Positions 28,389-38,843 of a stretch of DNA of 64,000 nucleotides are shown here, in pieces. The stretch comes from a virus. Lineage: Duplodnaviria; Caudoviricetes. Positions within the stretch are counted from its first letter, which is position 1. The number at the start of each line of letters is the position of its first letter. The notes beneath the pieces are model-generated. The model was given only the letters and a program-made list of their open reading frames with translations, had not been told where the DNA came from and did not search any database. The position numbers and the translations under genes were made by a program. The stretch is taken from IMG/VR virus record IMGVR_UViG_3300037507_003370, positions 128,001 through 192,000 of that record; one strand, written 5' to 3'.

Positions 28389-29121
28389 ATGTATAAGAGG
28401 TTGTTATGCACGGCATGTTACTTGGGTATTTATTTTCTATATATTTTGCACATTCAGATAATTCAAAGTCTACATTAGGACCTCTTTCACTTTGATCCTT
28501 ACAATTATGATGTACTAGTGCTGGTAATACATAATTTTTCATACCTTTGTTTTGTGACTGTAAACATATGTCAAGACCATAAGAATGATTATACGGTATA
28601 TTAGTGTCAAAAGATAGATTTTGATTATTTTTTACCACTAAAAAACATTCGTCCAAATATGATATTTCAGATGGAGTACTATATTCGGGGCTTAATAATA
28701 TTGTTCCCCATTTTTTATTGTTTTTTTCTTTCAAACATCCTATATTTATATATCCTGGTCCTTTTGCGGCAATTATTTTACCATCGCTAACAGGATATTG
28801 AATTGATCTATTATTTCTTATGTTAAGAACCCCTGCGGTTCCGCAAACACCCCAATTGCAATCTATATCATTTAGCTTAAATATTGAAGAAATAAGTTCA
28901 TCTTGGAATTTTTCATGAAAAAATACATCATTATGAGCATAAGCTATGTATGTAGAATTAGTTATTGTAATAGAAGAATATGAGTCAACACATTTTTTAA
29001 ACCCATTGATCCTTATAAATGGAAAAACTTTATCTATATATATTTTTGACTTTGCAATATTTTTCTCAAATACACCAGAATTATCATCTGATACTACAAA
29101 GGTAAAAAGATTTTTAGCCAT
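28366..29121 (-). CDS. Glycosyltransferase-like protein (GT-A)
   Basis: AYAHNDVFF, GVCGTAG, LDECFL, YGLDICLQ. Confidence 0.7.
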   Translation of the reverse strand: MAKNLFTFVVSDDNSGVFEKNIAKSKIYIDKVFPFIRINGFKKCVDSYSSITITNSTYIAYAHNDVFFHEKFQDELISSIFKLNDIDCNWGVCGTAGVLNIRNNRSIQYPVSDGKIIAAKGPGYINIGCLKEKNNKKWGTILLSPEYSTPSEISYLDECFLVVKNNQNLSFDTNIPYNHSYGLDICLQSQNKGMKNYVLPALVHHNCKDQSERGPNVDFELSECAKYIENKYPSNMPCITTSYTYGKNEIH

Positions 29122-29127
29122 GATGAA

Positions 29128-29352
29128 TTATGTGTAATCGTTCCATTCTTCCCATATCTCGTCAGCTCTAATAGAATTTTTTTTATTTTTGAATTCTTTT
29201 TTTGCCTTATTTAAGTGTTTATATTCATCACTAATAGACTCTGTTTCTTTTTGTCTATTTTTAGAAATTTTATTTCTTCTTTGTGTCTTTTCTGACTCAG
29301 TTAAGTTATTATCTTTATTGTTGTCTTTATTGTTGTCTTTATTATTGATCAT
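29128..29352 (-). CDS. Small basic hypothetical protein
   Basis: NNKD repeats; ends DEIWEEWNDY. Confidence 0.55.
   Translation of the reverse strand: MINNKDNNKDNNKDNNLTESEKTQRRNKISKNRQKETESISDEYKHLNKAKKEFKNKKNSIRADEIWEEWNDYT
29306..29347. repeat. Short 12-bp-period tandem repeat (about 3 copies) coding NNKD
   Basis: ttgttgtcttta repeated, in frame. Confidence 0.7.
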
Positions 29353-29957
29353 GGTATATATTTAAAAAGTTCTGGATGATGTATTCCGTGAAAACCAAAT
29401 GGTATATTATTTTTATCGTAATCGCCAACTTCTATCGAAAATCTATACCCTAATTCCGTTGGAGCAAATTTACATCCACAATCTTCAAAGTATTTTCTGT
29501 AATAAAATGCCAATATGAAATCTTCTGGTAGATCTTTCCTTACTCCAGCCATTAGGATTTCGTTATAATCAATATTAGGAATCAGATTTTTCTGTGCAGC
29601 AAGAAATTTCTTACTTCTCAAACTAAATCCACCATTTCCGCAAATATGATTAAATGGAGGCCAAGGAGCGCCTATGTAGTCATATTCTAGAAATTCTGGC
29701 GTCCAAGCATTAGGGTTTATTATGAAACCGTCCCACTGAATGACTAAAACATATGATGTAGATATAATATATGGTAATTTATTTATAATAAATTGACTAT
29801 AGTCTACAGTATTTTTTAGCGTTTGGTTCTTAATAAGAACAGTATCAGCGAACTCAGCATAATGTTCACATGTTTTTATCGCTTTTTCTGTCTCTTCTAT
29901 TTTTATAGACGTTGTAGAGAACAGTGTAACATGCTTCATATTTAATTTTTTAGCCAT
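29349..29957 (-). CDS. DUF5672-like protein (glycosylation-associated)
   Basis: LVIQWDGFIINPNAWTPEFLEYDYIGAPW, GNGGFSLRS, PEDF, FGFHG. Confidence 0.8.
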   Translation of the reverse strand: MAKKLNMKHVTLFSTTSIKIEETEKAIKTCEHYAEFADTVLIKNQTLKNTVDYSQFIINKLPYIISTSYVLVIQWDGFIINPNAWTPEFLEYDYIGAPWPPFNHICGNGGFSLRSKKFLAAQKNLIPNIDYNEILMAGVRKDLPEDFILAFYYRKYFEDCGCKFAPTELGYRFSIEVGDYDKNNIPFGFHGIHHPELFKYIP

Positions 29958-29963
29958 ACAAAT

Positions 29964-30009
29964 ATAATAATTAGTAGGCTTGACCTGTCAAACAAAAACT
30001 ATATATATT
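29964..30009. promoter_or_regulatory. Overlapping divergent sigma70-type promoters around palindrome TTGAC-CT-GTCAA
   Basis: Minus: TTGACA(29986-91)-N16-TATTAT, ATG 6 nt later. Plus: TTGACC(29980-85)-N18-TATATT. Confidence 0.55.
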
Positions 30010-30060
30010 ATGCAGGGCGCTGGATTATTATATCAATACATAAACTCAAAACTAACCCAT

Positions 30061-31701
30061 ATGAATAACATAACGCTGGTTACTGGCATATGGGATCTAA
30101 ATAGGTCAAATGCCCCAGAGGGTTGGAATAGAGACTTTTCTCATTATAAGAGTAAGTTCATAGAACTGCTAACTGCTACACAACATATTAATCTTTGTGT
30201 TTTTATAGATAAAGAAAATGAACAATTAGTCTGGGATTACAGAAAAAAAGAAAATACAAAAGTATATTACCATTCAAAAGAAGATTTTTCTGGTAATTTT
30301 TTCCCATTTTTTGATAGAGTTCAAGAAATAAGAAATAGTCCAGAATGGAAGGATCAAGTTGGATGGTTAAAGGATAGTACTCAGTCAACTATGGAATTTT
30401 ACAATCCCATGGTGATGAGTAAGATGTTCATGCTGCATAATGCAAAAATATTTAATCCATTTAATGATGATTATTATTATTGGATAGATGGAGGAATAAC
30501 GAACACGATACATTATGGATATTTTAGTCACGATAAAGTTATAGAAAATGTTCCTAATATATGCGATAAATTCTTATTTGTTTGTTTTCCGTATGAAACA
30601 ACCACAGAAATCCATGGTTTTGACATAAAAGGAATGAAGAAATATTGCAAGTCAGAAAATGTTGATAGAGTTGCCAGGGGAGGATTTTTTGGAGGCCATA
30701 AAGACTATATAGCAAAAACTAATGAAATATACTACGGTCTGCTTAATGATTCATTAAATGATGGATACATGGGTACAGAAGAAAGTATATTTACTATAAT
30801 GACTTATTTGTATCCTGAAACTTTTAAATTTGAACTAATAGAAAATAATGGATTATTAGGAACGTTTTTTGAAAACTTAAAAAATAATTTCATAAATTTA
30901 TCAAAACCTAAATCTATAGAGGACAATAAACTTGTTCTTTATATTAATACTTTTAATTGTCCTAAACAATTAGAGCTATTAATAAATTCTTTTCATCAAC
31001 ATGATGTAAGATTTCTTCAAGATACAAAAATTATTTTAATAAATAACTCTACTGACGATATACTTCAATGTGATTATGATTTGTTAGTTAATAAATATAA
31101 TATGACCGAGATAAAAATGGGCAATCTTGGTGTTTGCGGAGGAAGACAATACGCTGCCGAACATTTTGATGCCTTAAATAATAAATATATGATATTCTTT
31201 GAAGATGATATGTTATTAGATTTATCTGATACTAAATGTTCTTTTGGCTTCTCAAAAAATGTAAATAACTTGTTTACAAATATGCAAAGAATAATGGATA
31301 TAGAAAAATATGATTTCTTAAAACTAACATTTTCTGAATTTTATGGAGACAATCATTTACAATGGTCCTGGCATAACGTGCCAAGTCCAAGAAAAGAAGA
31401 ATACTTTGGTAATATTAATGAAAAACCATTAACAAAATTTTCTCATATAAAATCTTATGATAAAGTCCCGTATATAGAGGGAGAGGTTTACTATTCTAAT
31501 TGGCCTCATATTATAGGTAAATCTGGAAATAAAAAGATGTTTCTGGATACCAAATGGACCTATCCATACGAACAAACATGGATGAGTCATTTTTATACAT
31601 TAACTTTAGAAAAAACAATTAAACCAGCAATTTTATTATCTAGTCCAATAACACATAATAGGGTATATTTCTATGAAGGGTCACAAAGAAAAGAAAACTA
31701 A
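30061..31701 (+). CDS. HtrL/YibB-like domain fused to GT-A domain
   Basis: TLVTGIWDLNR, WIDGGI, GGFFGG, MGTEESIF; second domain FFEDDM. Start at MNNITL. Confidence 0.75.
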   Translation: MNNITLVTGIWDLNRSNAPEGWNRDFSHYKSKFIELLTATQHINLCVFIDKENEQLVWDYRKKENTKVYYHSKEDFSGNFFPFFDRVQEIRNSPEWKDQVGWLKDSTQSTMEFYNPMVMSKMFMLHNAKIFNPFNDDYYYWIDGGITNTIHYGYFSHDKVIENVPNICDKFLFVCFPYETTTEIHGFDIKGMKKYCKSENVDRVARGGFFGGHKDYIAKTNEIYYGLLNDSLNDGYMGTEESIFTIMTYLYPETFKFELIENNGLLGTFFENLKNNFINLSKPKSIEDNKLVLYINTFNCPKQLELLINSFHQHDVRFLQDTKIILINNSTDDILQCDYDLLVNKYNMTEIKMGNLGVCGGRQYAAEHFDALNNKYMIFFEDDMLLDLSDTKCSFGFSKNVNNLFTNMQRIMDIEKYDFLKLTFSEFYGDNHLQWSWHNVPSPRKEEYFGNINEKPLTKFSHIKSYDKVPYIEGEVYYSNWPHIIGKSGNKKMFLDTKWTYPYEQTWMSHFYTLTLEKTIKPAILLSSPITHNRVYFYEGSQRKEN

Positions 31702-32944
31702 TAGCATTTTTGTACAGATAGCATCTTATAGGGATCCTCAATTAATTCCAACATTAGAGGATATGATTAATAATGCTAAGTATCCAGAAAATTTATCTAT
31801 AGGAATAGCATGGCAACATCATCCAGACGATGATTTTGATAATCTGGATAAATACAAAAAAGATAAAAGATTTAAAATATTAGATATAGATTATAAAGAT
31901 AGTAAAGGTGTTTGCTGGGCCAGAAATGCTGTTCAGAAATTATATGATGGAGAAAAATATACCTTGCAAATAGATAGTCATCACAGATTTGCAAAAAATT
32001 GGGATGAAACTCTAATAGATATGTTAAAAGATTTACAAGATAAAGGTCATGAAAAACCTTTAATAACTTCTTATATTCCTAGTTTTGATCCAGAGAAAGA
32101 TCCTGAGTTAAGAGTTCAAGAACCATGGAAAATGAATTTTGATAGATTCATACCAGAAGGAGCCATATTCTTTTTACCAGCATCTTTTGATAGTTTTGAT
32201 GCAAAAGATAGACCTCTTCAGGGCCGTTTTTATAGTGCTCATTTTGCTTTTACTATTGGTGAGTTTGCATTAGAGGTTCAGCATAATCCAAACTATTATT
32301 TTCATGGAGAAGAAATAAGCATAGCCGTTAGGGCTTTTACTCACGGATACGATATATTTCATCCTCATAAGGTAGTTTGTTGGCATGAATATACCAGAAA
32401 GGGAAGATCCAAGCAATGGGACGATGATAGTATGTGGGTTGACAGAAATAACGAGTCTCACAGGATTAACAGAGTTCTATTTGGCATGGATGATGAATTT
32501 GATAATGTTAATTTTGAAATTTATGGTTTCGGAAACAAAAGAACACTACATGACTATGAAAAGTATGCAGGAATATCTTTTAGTAAAAGAGCAATTCAGC
32601 AAGAGACTCTTGATCATAAAGAACCACCAAATACACAAGTATCAGAAGACGAGTGGGAAAACAGTCTATTAAATATATTCAAACACTGCATAGATATAGG
32701 ATACTCCCAGGTTCCAGAAACAGATTATGACTTTTGGTGCGTTGCATTTAAAGACTCTGAAGGAAAAGATCTTCATAGACAAGACGCCGACGCAGATGAA
32801 ATAGAAAGAATGAAGAATGATCCTGACAAATATTGTAAAGTTTGGAGAGAGTTCCAAACAAAAATCAAACCTAAAAAATGGATAGTTTGGCCACACAGCG
32901 TAAGTAAAGGGTGGTGTGATCCAATTGAGGGAGATCTTCCTTGA
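31673..32944 (+). CDS. GT60-like (Skp1-type) GlcNAc transferase
   Basis: IFVQIASYRDPQL, GVCWAR, LQIDSHHRF..NWD, FHGEEI...RAFTHGYD. Confidence 0.8.
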   Translation: MKGHKEKKTNSIFVQIASYRDPQLIPTLEDMINNAKYPENLSIGIAWQHHPDDDFDNLDKYKKDKRFKILDIDYKDSKGVCWARNAVQKLYDGEKYTLQIDSHHRFAKNWDETLIDMLKDLQDKGHEKPLITSYIPSFDPEKDPELRVQEPWKMNFDRFIPEGAIFFLPASFDSFDAKDRPLQGRFYSAHFAFTIGEFALEVQHNPNYYFHGEEISIAVRAFTHGYDIFHPHKVVCWHEYTRKGRSKQWDDDSMWVDRNNESHRINRVLFGMDDEFDNVNFEIYGFGNKRTLHDYEKYAGISFSKRAIQQETLDHKEPPNTQVSEDEWENSLLNIFKHCIDIGYSQVPETDYDFWCVAFKDSEGKDLHRQDADADEIERMKNDPDKYCKVWREFQTKIKPKKWIVWPHSVSKGWCDPIEGDLP

Positions 32945-33687
32945 AAAACTATAGTGTTGGCATAACTACTTTTTCAAAAAGATTTGATCATTTGTCTAAA
33001 CTAGTTAATCAAATTAGACAATTAGATGATTGTGATATAATATTAACAATAAATGGAAATTATAATTGTGAATTTGATGAGGATTATAGGAAAAATGTTT
33101 TATCTTTATGCTCACAATATTCAAAAGTTTATCCAATATTCTTTCCTGAACAACGAGGTTTATCTAAGCTTTGGAATAGTATAGTCATACATAGTAAAAC
33201 CGATTGGATATTAATGCTTAACGATGACGTTGAGTTAACAGAAAATGAAATATTTACAATACTAAATAATTTACCAAAAGATAAACCAGATATAAAAAGA
33301 ATAAATGGTACTTTTTCTCATTTTATCTTGCATAAAGACTGTATAGATGATCTTGGGTACTTTGATGAAAGATTGCTCGGTTTTGGAGAAGAGGATGGGG
33401 ATATAGTATATAGATATATAGCTAAATACGACAGATGGTTAGAAGATATATGGGTACATGGTTTTACGAATTTATGCGTATCTAGTAGGGATGAAAATAT
33501 CAAACCTGGAGTAAGTAAGTATTCAGCGTTTAATAGAAATTTCTGTTTCCATAATAATGATTGCAAATATAAACCAGATGAAAATGGTATATCAAGTATG
33601 TTTGGATACAAGATGACAAAAAATATACCAGATGAATCACAGTATTGTTATGAAAAGTTTTTTAAGCAACATAAACACGAATTATGA
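32941..33687 (+). CDS. GT2-like glycosyltransferase
   Basis: GLSKLWN, LNDDV, GYFDERLLGFGEEDGD. Confidence 0.75.
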   Translation: MKNYSVGITTFSKRFDHLSKLVNQIRQLDDCDIILTINGNYNCEFDEDYRKNVLSLCSQYSKVYPIFFPEQRGLSKLWNSIVIHSKTDWILMLNDDVELTENEIFTILNNLPKDKPDIKRINGTFSHFILHKDCIDDLGYFDERLLGFGEEDGDIVYRYIAKYDRWLEDIWVHGFTNLCVSSRDENIKPGVSKYSAFNRNFCFHNNDCKYKPDENGISSMFGYKMTKNIPDESQYCYEKFFKQHKHEL

Positions 33688-34280
33688 ATATAAATTTTAT
33701 AACTCCTTTGTATAGGTACGATAATATACCAACAATATATGAAAATATTAATTCTATAACCTCAAATTTTAATTGGTACTTAATAGAAGGATCTAATAAA
33801 ATAGGAGACACTGATGTATCTCATATCTTAAAAGATAGCAGGGTGGTTTATCATAAAATAAATACTCAACAAATTTGGGGACATGAACAAAGGAATTTCT
33901 TTATCAAAAATATTGAATGCGTTAGTGACGATTGGTGTTATTTTTTAGATGACGATAATTTAATAACTCAAGATATTATTGATGTTATTAATGATAAAGA
34001 CAATTCTAACGCAGATATAATTCTTATGTCTCAAAAGATGGGGAATACAGATCAGACTAGACTATACGGACTTCTAGGACACTTAAGTTTAGGAAATTGT
34101 GATATAGGATCTTTTCTAATAAAATATAAAATCATCAAAAATACATACATATATAATGAAGATCAAAGAAATGCAGATGGTCATTATTGTGAACAATTAA
34201 ATTCTATAAATAATATTAATATTAAATATTTGTTAAATAAATTTACTAAATATAATGCTTTATCGGATAAAATTTTATGA
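33684..34280 (+). CDS. GT-A glycosyltransferase
   Basis: ITPLYR, GHEQRN, YFLDDDN, CDIGSF, ADG. Confidence 0.7.
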   Translation: MNINFITPLYRYDNIPTIYENINSITSNFNWYLIEGSNKIGDTDVSHILKDSRVVYHKINTQQIWGHEQRNFFIKNIECVSDDWCYFLDDDNLITQDIIDVINDKDNSNADIILMSQKMGNTDQTRLYGLLGHLSLGNCDIGSFLIKYKIIKNTYIYNEDQRNADGHYCEQLNSINNINIKYLLNKFTKYNALSDKIL

Positions 34281-35008
34281 AAAAAACTATATCTCTTAAT
34301 ATGAAATTTTGGCACGATGGTCAAGAAGATTCCACAAGAACCAGAAATGTTATATATTGCTGGAATGATCTTAAAAAATTAAATACTTTTATAAATAATC
34401 ATAGTATAAATTTTAATTCTTCTTGTTATTTATTTGATTTTTCTCCAGAAAAAATTATAGACGATGCTATACATATCCCGTATCCCATTGGAGAATATAA
34501 AAAAGCAGAAAAAACTAATATTATATTAAAACAATATGTTAATAATCTAAATTATTTTATGATGTTCGATTCAGACACATTCTTTGACTCCCAAGACTAT
34601 GATGCTCTAGTTAAAATTATAGATAATCTAGAAAAAAACGACATAATAACCTTTGACGCTGCTAAATTAGACGATATAAATAATTGTTTTATTGATAATA
34701 TTTTTAATAGAACTAATGCCAATTGGAATTATGCGTATTCTGGAGCAAAAGAAAACGGACCATTAAATGGATACAGAGGTGGTCTTGGAGGAGTATATAT
34801 AATAGACACAAGTATACTATTAAATCTTGATGGTTTTGACGAAAAATATATTGGATGGGGAGGAGAGGATGGAGAAATGATGAATAGAATATACAATTCT
34901 GGATTTTTAAATAATATTAAACCACAAAAAGATATAGCTCCATTCCACATGCCACACTTTTGCGATTACGGCAATGACAAATATTACCAGAGGTTTAAAG
35001 ATGAATAA
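34277..35008 (+). CDS. GT2/GT7-like galactosyltransferase
   Basis: FDSDTFF, GFDEKYIGWGGEDGE, HMPH. Confidence 0.75.
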   Translation: MKKTISLNMKFWHDGQEDSTRTRNVIYCWNDLKKLNTFINNHSINFNSSCYLFDFSPEKIIDDAIHIPYPIGEYKKAEKTNIILKQYVNNLNYFMMFDSDTFFDSQDYDALVKIIDNLEKNDIITFDAAKLDDINNCFIDNIFNRTNANWNYAYSGAKENGPLNGYRGGLGGVYIIDTSILLNLDGFDEKYIGWGGEDGEMMNRIYNSGFLNNIKPQKDIAPFHMPHFCDYGNDKYYQRFKDE

Positions 35009-35912
35009 AAAAGTTAAAATAGAATGTTGGTGGACTTCTTCTGAAAGTATCACAAAAAGAACGCTAGATCAATTTAATATCAATAATAATATTTCAGATT
35101 TAGATTTTGTAACAGACTCAGATTATGAATGGTTAGTTATTTGTGGTAAACTACCATCGCATTTACAATCAAATTCTATTGATAAATCTAAAACAATTTT
35201 TTTCGGTATGGAACCCAGTTGGTCTCCTAATACAGACAAAAATGCTGCTGACTATAGTAAATATATTTGTACTCATAACAAAAGTATTTTTAATAATAAA
35301 GATGCAATATTTTTTGAAGAGCCAAATTATATGTTTTATGGTGGTCGAGGAGATGAAGGATGGGATATAAACAATATAAATAAAATGAATTTTGATAATA
35401 AATCTAAAGATTTAAGTATTATAGTAACAAAAAGAGGCAATCATTGGGGAGCCGTAAATATTTATGATCAAAGAGTTGCTCTTGGAGATGCATTGACTAA
35501 ATATAATGATATAGACATATATGGAACATTATGGGAAAATAATAATCAAAATATACATGGAGAAACATGGAATAAATTTGTTGGATTATCTGACTATAAA
35601 TTTTCTGTTGCTCTAGAAAATACATCTGAAAATAATTATATCACAGAAAAATTTTATGATTGTTTATTAACTAATACTATTCCCATTTATCATGGGGCCC
35701 CTAATGTGTCTGACTATTTTGACCCTAATGGCTTCGTTTATCTTCCAGACATATATGATACAACCAGTTGCGTAGAAATAATACGTAATTTATTTGATAA
35801 TATTGATAATGAATATCAGAAAAGAAAAAATGCGTGTATAAATAATAAGAACGTTTATTTGAATAAACATAATATAATCAATAAAATCAAAAACATTATT
35901 TACAATGAGTAA
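35001..35912 (+). CDS. GT10-like fucosyltransferase
   Basis: YKFSVALENTSENNYITEKFYDC...IPIYHGAPN (alpha-1,3 FucT motif). Confidence 0.85.
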   Translation: MNKKVKIECWWTSSESITKRTLDQFNINNNISDLDFVTDSDYEWLVICGKLPSHLQSNSIDKSKTIFFGMEPSWSPNTDKNAADYSKYICTHNKSIFNNKDAIFFEEPNYMFYGGRGDEGWDINNINKMNFDNKSKDLSIIVTKRGNHWGAVNIYDQRVALGDALTKYNDIDIYGTLWENNNQNIHGETWNKFVGLSDYKFSVALENTSENNYITEKFYDCLLTNTIPIYHGAPNVSDYFDPNGFVYLPDIYDTTSCVEIIRNLFDNIDNEYQKRKNACINNKNVYLNKHNIINKIKNIIYNE

Positions 35913-36786
35913 TTATATTGTAACAGCTATATACGACGGTCTTCATGGAACTAGTCTTGGAGGAAGAGCATCCAGAGGAGAGCACTATAGACATAGCTTT
36001 AAATCAATAAGTAAGATTACTGATACCGAATATACAATATATACTAACGAGCATGATCCTATTAAAACATTTATGGTTGATAATATAAGTAATGTAAAAT
36101 ATGATTTAAAAACTTATGATCTAAACAATTCAGAGTATTCTGCAAAAATAAATAATATTAAAGATATAGAATCAACTAAATCTTCTTCTCGATGTATTGA
36201 ATTACAATATTCTAAATTTACGTGGATTGAATCTTTAGCAAATTTAATAAATGAAGAAGACTACATATATTGGTTTGATGCTGGGTTGTCTTATAGTGGA
36301 TTAATACCAGACAAGCATCTAGGCAATAAAGGATATCACGACTATAATTATTATTCTCCATTATTTAATAATCAATTTTTTAGTAATTTAATTTCATATA
36401 CGGATGAGTCTTTTTTTTGTATAGCAAAAGATAATGTTAACTTTTTTTGGGACGGAGGACTACCAGATAAATGGTATATAAATGGAAAAGATTGTTCTAA
36501 TCATATAATTGGTGGGCTATTTGGTGGAAAATCAAAAATAGTAAAGCAAGTCTGTTCATTATTTAGGTCTTTAGCAAATAATTTATTAGACGATGAAAAA
36601 AATTTATATAGCGAAGAGAATATTTTAACTGTTTTATATTATAATCATAAAGAATTATTTAAAACAAAAACTTTTGATATATGGTGGCATGAAAATAATA
36701 TTGTTGGCAATGTAGGAGAAGAAAGAGCAAAAGAACTACTATCTTCTACTAAAAGTTTTTATCATATACTTGAAGAGCTTCAGTGA
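35905..36786 (+). CDS. HtrL/YibB-like protein
   Basis: YSKF.W, YWFDAGL, IIGGLFGG, EENIL. Confidence 0.7.
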   Translation: MSNYIVTAIYDGLHGTSLGGRASRGEHYRHSFKSISKITDTEYTIYTNEHDPIKTFMVDNISNVKYDLKTYDLNNSEYSAKINNIKDIESTKSSSRCIELQYSKFTWIESLANLINEEDYIYWFDAGLSYSGLIPDKHLGNKGYHDYNYYSPLFNNQFFSNLISYTDESFFCIAKDNVNFFWDGGLPDKWYINGKDCSNHIIGGLFGGKSKIVKQVCSLFRSLANNLLDDEKNLYSEENILTVLYYNHKELFKTKTFDIWWHENNIVGNVGEERAKELLSSTKSFYHILEELQ

Positions 36787-37484
36787 CTAGTGTTTTCAAT
36801 TATCCAATCATAAATTGATGACACCTTCACATGTCCTGATATATCATCAAAATCACTGTCTGGCTTGCTGTCTGATGGAGATTTAACAATCGAGTTGATG
36901 CCTATTAGTTCACCAGTTTTTAAAAACAAGCCCCCACCGCTGTCACCAACAGCAGAGATGCCATTTAATTCTATGTTGGAGTTCGGATCGAATTTACAAA
37001 AAACAAGATCGCCCATTGTGCCAAAAATCTTATTATTTGCTGCTCTTTTTTTAAAATCATATTTTATTGATCCAACTTGTCCATCGCCGGTTTTTCCATA
37101 TCCTACAATTGTACATTCTTGATCTGTTTTTAGATCTTCTATATATAGTTCTGTTTTATTTTTAAATTCTGGAATTTCTACTTTTAACAAAGCAACATCA
37201 GAATTTTTATTTTTTATAATTTCTATTGGATTATATGATTGCCCATTAAATATAATATTAATATCTTTTTTATATTCAATAGAGTGTTTTGTTGTTAGTA
37301 TCCAATTATTATTCAATAATACTCCACTAGAAAAAGTAGAGCCAGTTTCAATTTTTAAAACATTATTGAATTTTTCTCCATACTCTATATATCTTTGATC
37401 GTCATATTTTTTATCTATTACTACTGCACTAGCTTCTGTTGTTACTATAAATAGTGCTAATAAAATTATAGATAAATATTTCAT
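36780..37484 (-). CDS. Trypsin-like (S1) serine protease with signal peptide
   Basis: Signal MKYLSIILLALFIVTTEASA; LTTKH, DVALL, GDSGGG. Confidence 0.85.
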   Translation of the reverse strand: MKYLSIILLALFIVTTEASAVVIDKKYDDQRYIEYGEKFNNVLKIETGSTFSSGVLLNNNWILTTKHSIEYKKDINIIFNGQSYNPIEIIKNKNSDVALLKVEIPEFKNKTELYIEDLKTDQECTIVGYGKTGDGQVGSIKYDFKKRAANNKIFGTMGDLVFCKFDPNSNIELNGISAVGDSGGGLFLKTGELIGINSIVKSPSDSKPDSDFDDISGHVKVSSIYDWIIENTSH

Positions 37485-38500
37485 AAAATTTTTGCAGCTA
37501 TTAGACATCCCCTAGCAACAGAATGCAGTGGGTCTTTTGCATGTTTAATTTGTTCAATTTTAATTGGAAATGAATTTTCTTTAATCTTTTTATTAAACGT
37601 TTCTATAAATCCTTTAGGTTGAGAAGTACCTCCAGATATTGCTATCGTTAATGGCTTCTTAAACTTTGGTAACATTTTATGGTCTTCTAATGCCGCACAT
37701 AACTGTTTTACCGTATAGTCTATTAATCTTTCATAATATGCCGATACCGCAGAGAGTATATGATTATCGTTCTTTTCTCCTATTGTGAAATCCCCATGCT
37801 CTTTCTCTGCTTGAACAACACTATCCTCTTCTCCTGTTGCGACTGCACTCATTCTATCTATCCAGTCCCCAGATTTTGTTGTTGAAAAAGATATTACTGG
37901 CTCTCCATTAAGCATTACGCATACATTTACCATACCAGCACCCCAAGACAGACCTATTCCCGTATAATTTTCTTCTGATAGTTCTGAATAGCACAGCGCC
38001 TCTGCTTCATATATTGCTTTTGCATTATATCCGCATTCTTTCAAAATATTTTTTACTAAATCCTCGTGGTATCCTACATTAAATTCTTCGTCTTCTTGAT
38101 CAACAGGCTGTGCAGGAATACAGAATACTAATTTTTCATTCATTACCTGAGAAATTCCCACAACTTCTTTCAGAATAAAAGATAGTATCTTTCTTGCATC
38201 TTTTTCTTTTGGTGACACAACGCCTCTAAACATTGGCCTTTTAGCGCTTTCATTTCTCTCTAACGCTTGATCTATTGCATCTTGACCCAACACAATAAAA
38301 GAACCATCTTGATCTTTTATAAATGTTTTCCCATTTAGTCCTTTTTGTATCATTGTATTGGCTATACTTGTTGCTGGTTTGATAGCATAAAAAGCATCTC
38401 TGAAATCTCTGTATTCAATAGAATTAATTCCATTGTCAGCCTCGTCTGGACTTTTAGCTAATACTATATAAGAGGTACCAACATCTAAGCCTTTAGCCAT
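37481..38500 (-). CDS. Actin-fold ATPase (MreB/ParM/Hsp70 superfamily)
   Basis: Phosphate-1 GLDVGTS, connect-1 YEAEA, phosphate-2 SWGAGMVN, adenosine ISGGTS, connect-2 SVARG. Confidence 0.8.
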   Translation of the reverse strand: MAKGLDVGTSYIVLAKSPDEADNGINSIEYRDFRDAFYAIKPATSIANTMIQKGLNGKTFIKDQDGSFIVLGQDAIDQALERNESAKRPMFRGVVSPKEKDARKILSFILKEVVGISQVMNEKLVFCIPAQPVDQEDEEFNVGYHEDLVKNILKECGYNAKAIYEAEALCYSELSEENYTGIGLSWGAGMVNVCVMLNGEPVISFSTTKSGDWIDRMSAVATGEEDSVVQAEKEHGDFTIGEKNDNHILSAVSAYYERLIDYTVKQLCAALEDHKMLPKFKKPLTIAISGGTSQPKGFIETFNKKIKENSFPIKIEQIKHAKDPLHSVARGCLIAAKIL

Positions 38501-38843
38501 TTGAATCTCCTTTTAAATTTTTTAGTTTATTGATATTATTATCAATATCATCTTCTATATATTGTGTTTTATATATATCGTCACAAAATTTAGTTACACC
38601 TTTTACATTTGTGTCGGTTACATATACAGTATCATCAATTAATATTTTGCTCATTTTTTTCTTATTATCTTTTGGAATAATATTTTTGATTTCATAATCA
38701 TTAGATTGTTTTTCTATCTTATGGCTATGGCTACTAATAGTTTCAGTATTTTTATTTTTTGCATATAAATATCCTATTGTTATTCCTAAATTAAATATAG
38801 TTATATAAACTAAAAATATCAACAATAAATCTATTGTATCCAT
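38493..38843 (-). CDS. Single-pass membrane protein
   Basis: N-terminal TM LLLIFLVYITIFNLGITIGYLY. Confidence 0.6.
   Translation of the reverse strand: MDTIDLLLIFLVYITIFNLGITIGYLYAKNKNTETISSHSHKIEKQSNDYEIKNIIPKDNKKKMSKILIDDTVYVTDTNVKGVTKFCDDIYKTQYIEDDIDNNINKLKNLKGDSNG

Noticed and set aside
29306-29347. Tandem repeat as CRISPR or contingency locus
   Set aside because: No spacers; the in-frame 12-bp unit only encodes NNKD.
29960-36800. Invertible segment explanation for the plus-strand block
   Set aside because: No matching inverted repeats seen at the two ends and no recombinase in the window; long reads or relatives would be needed to exclude it fully.
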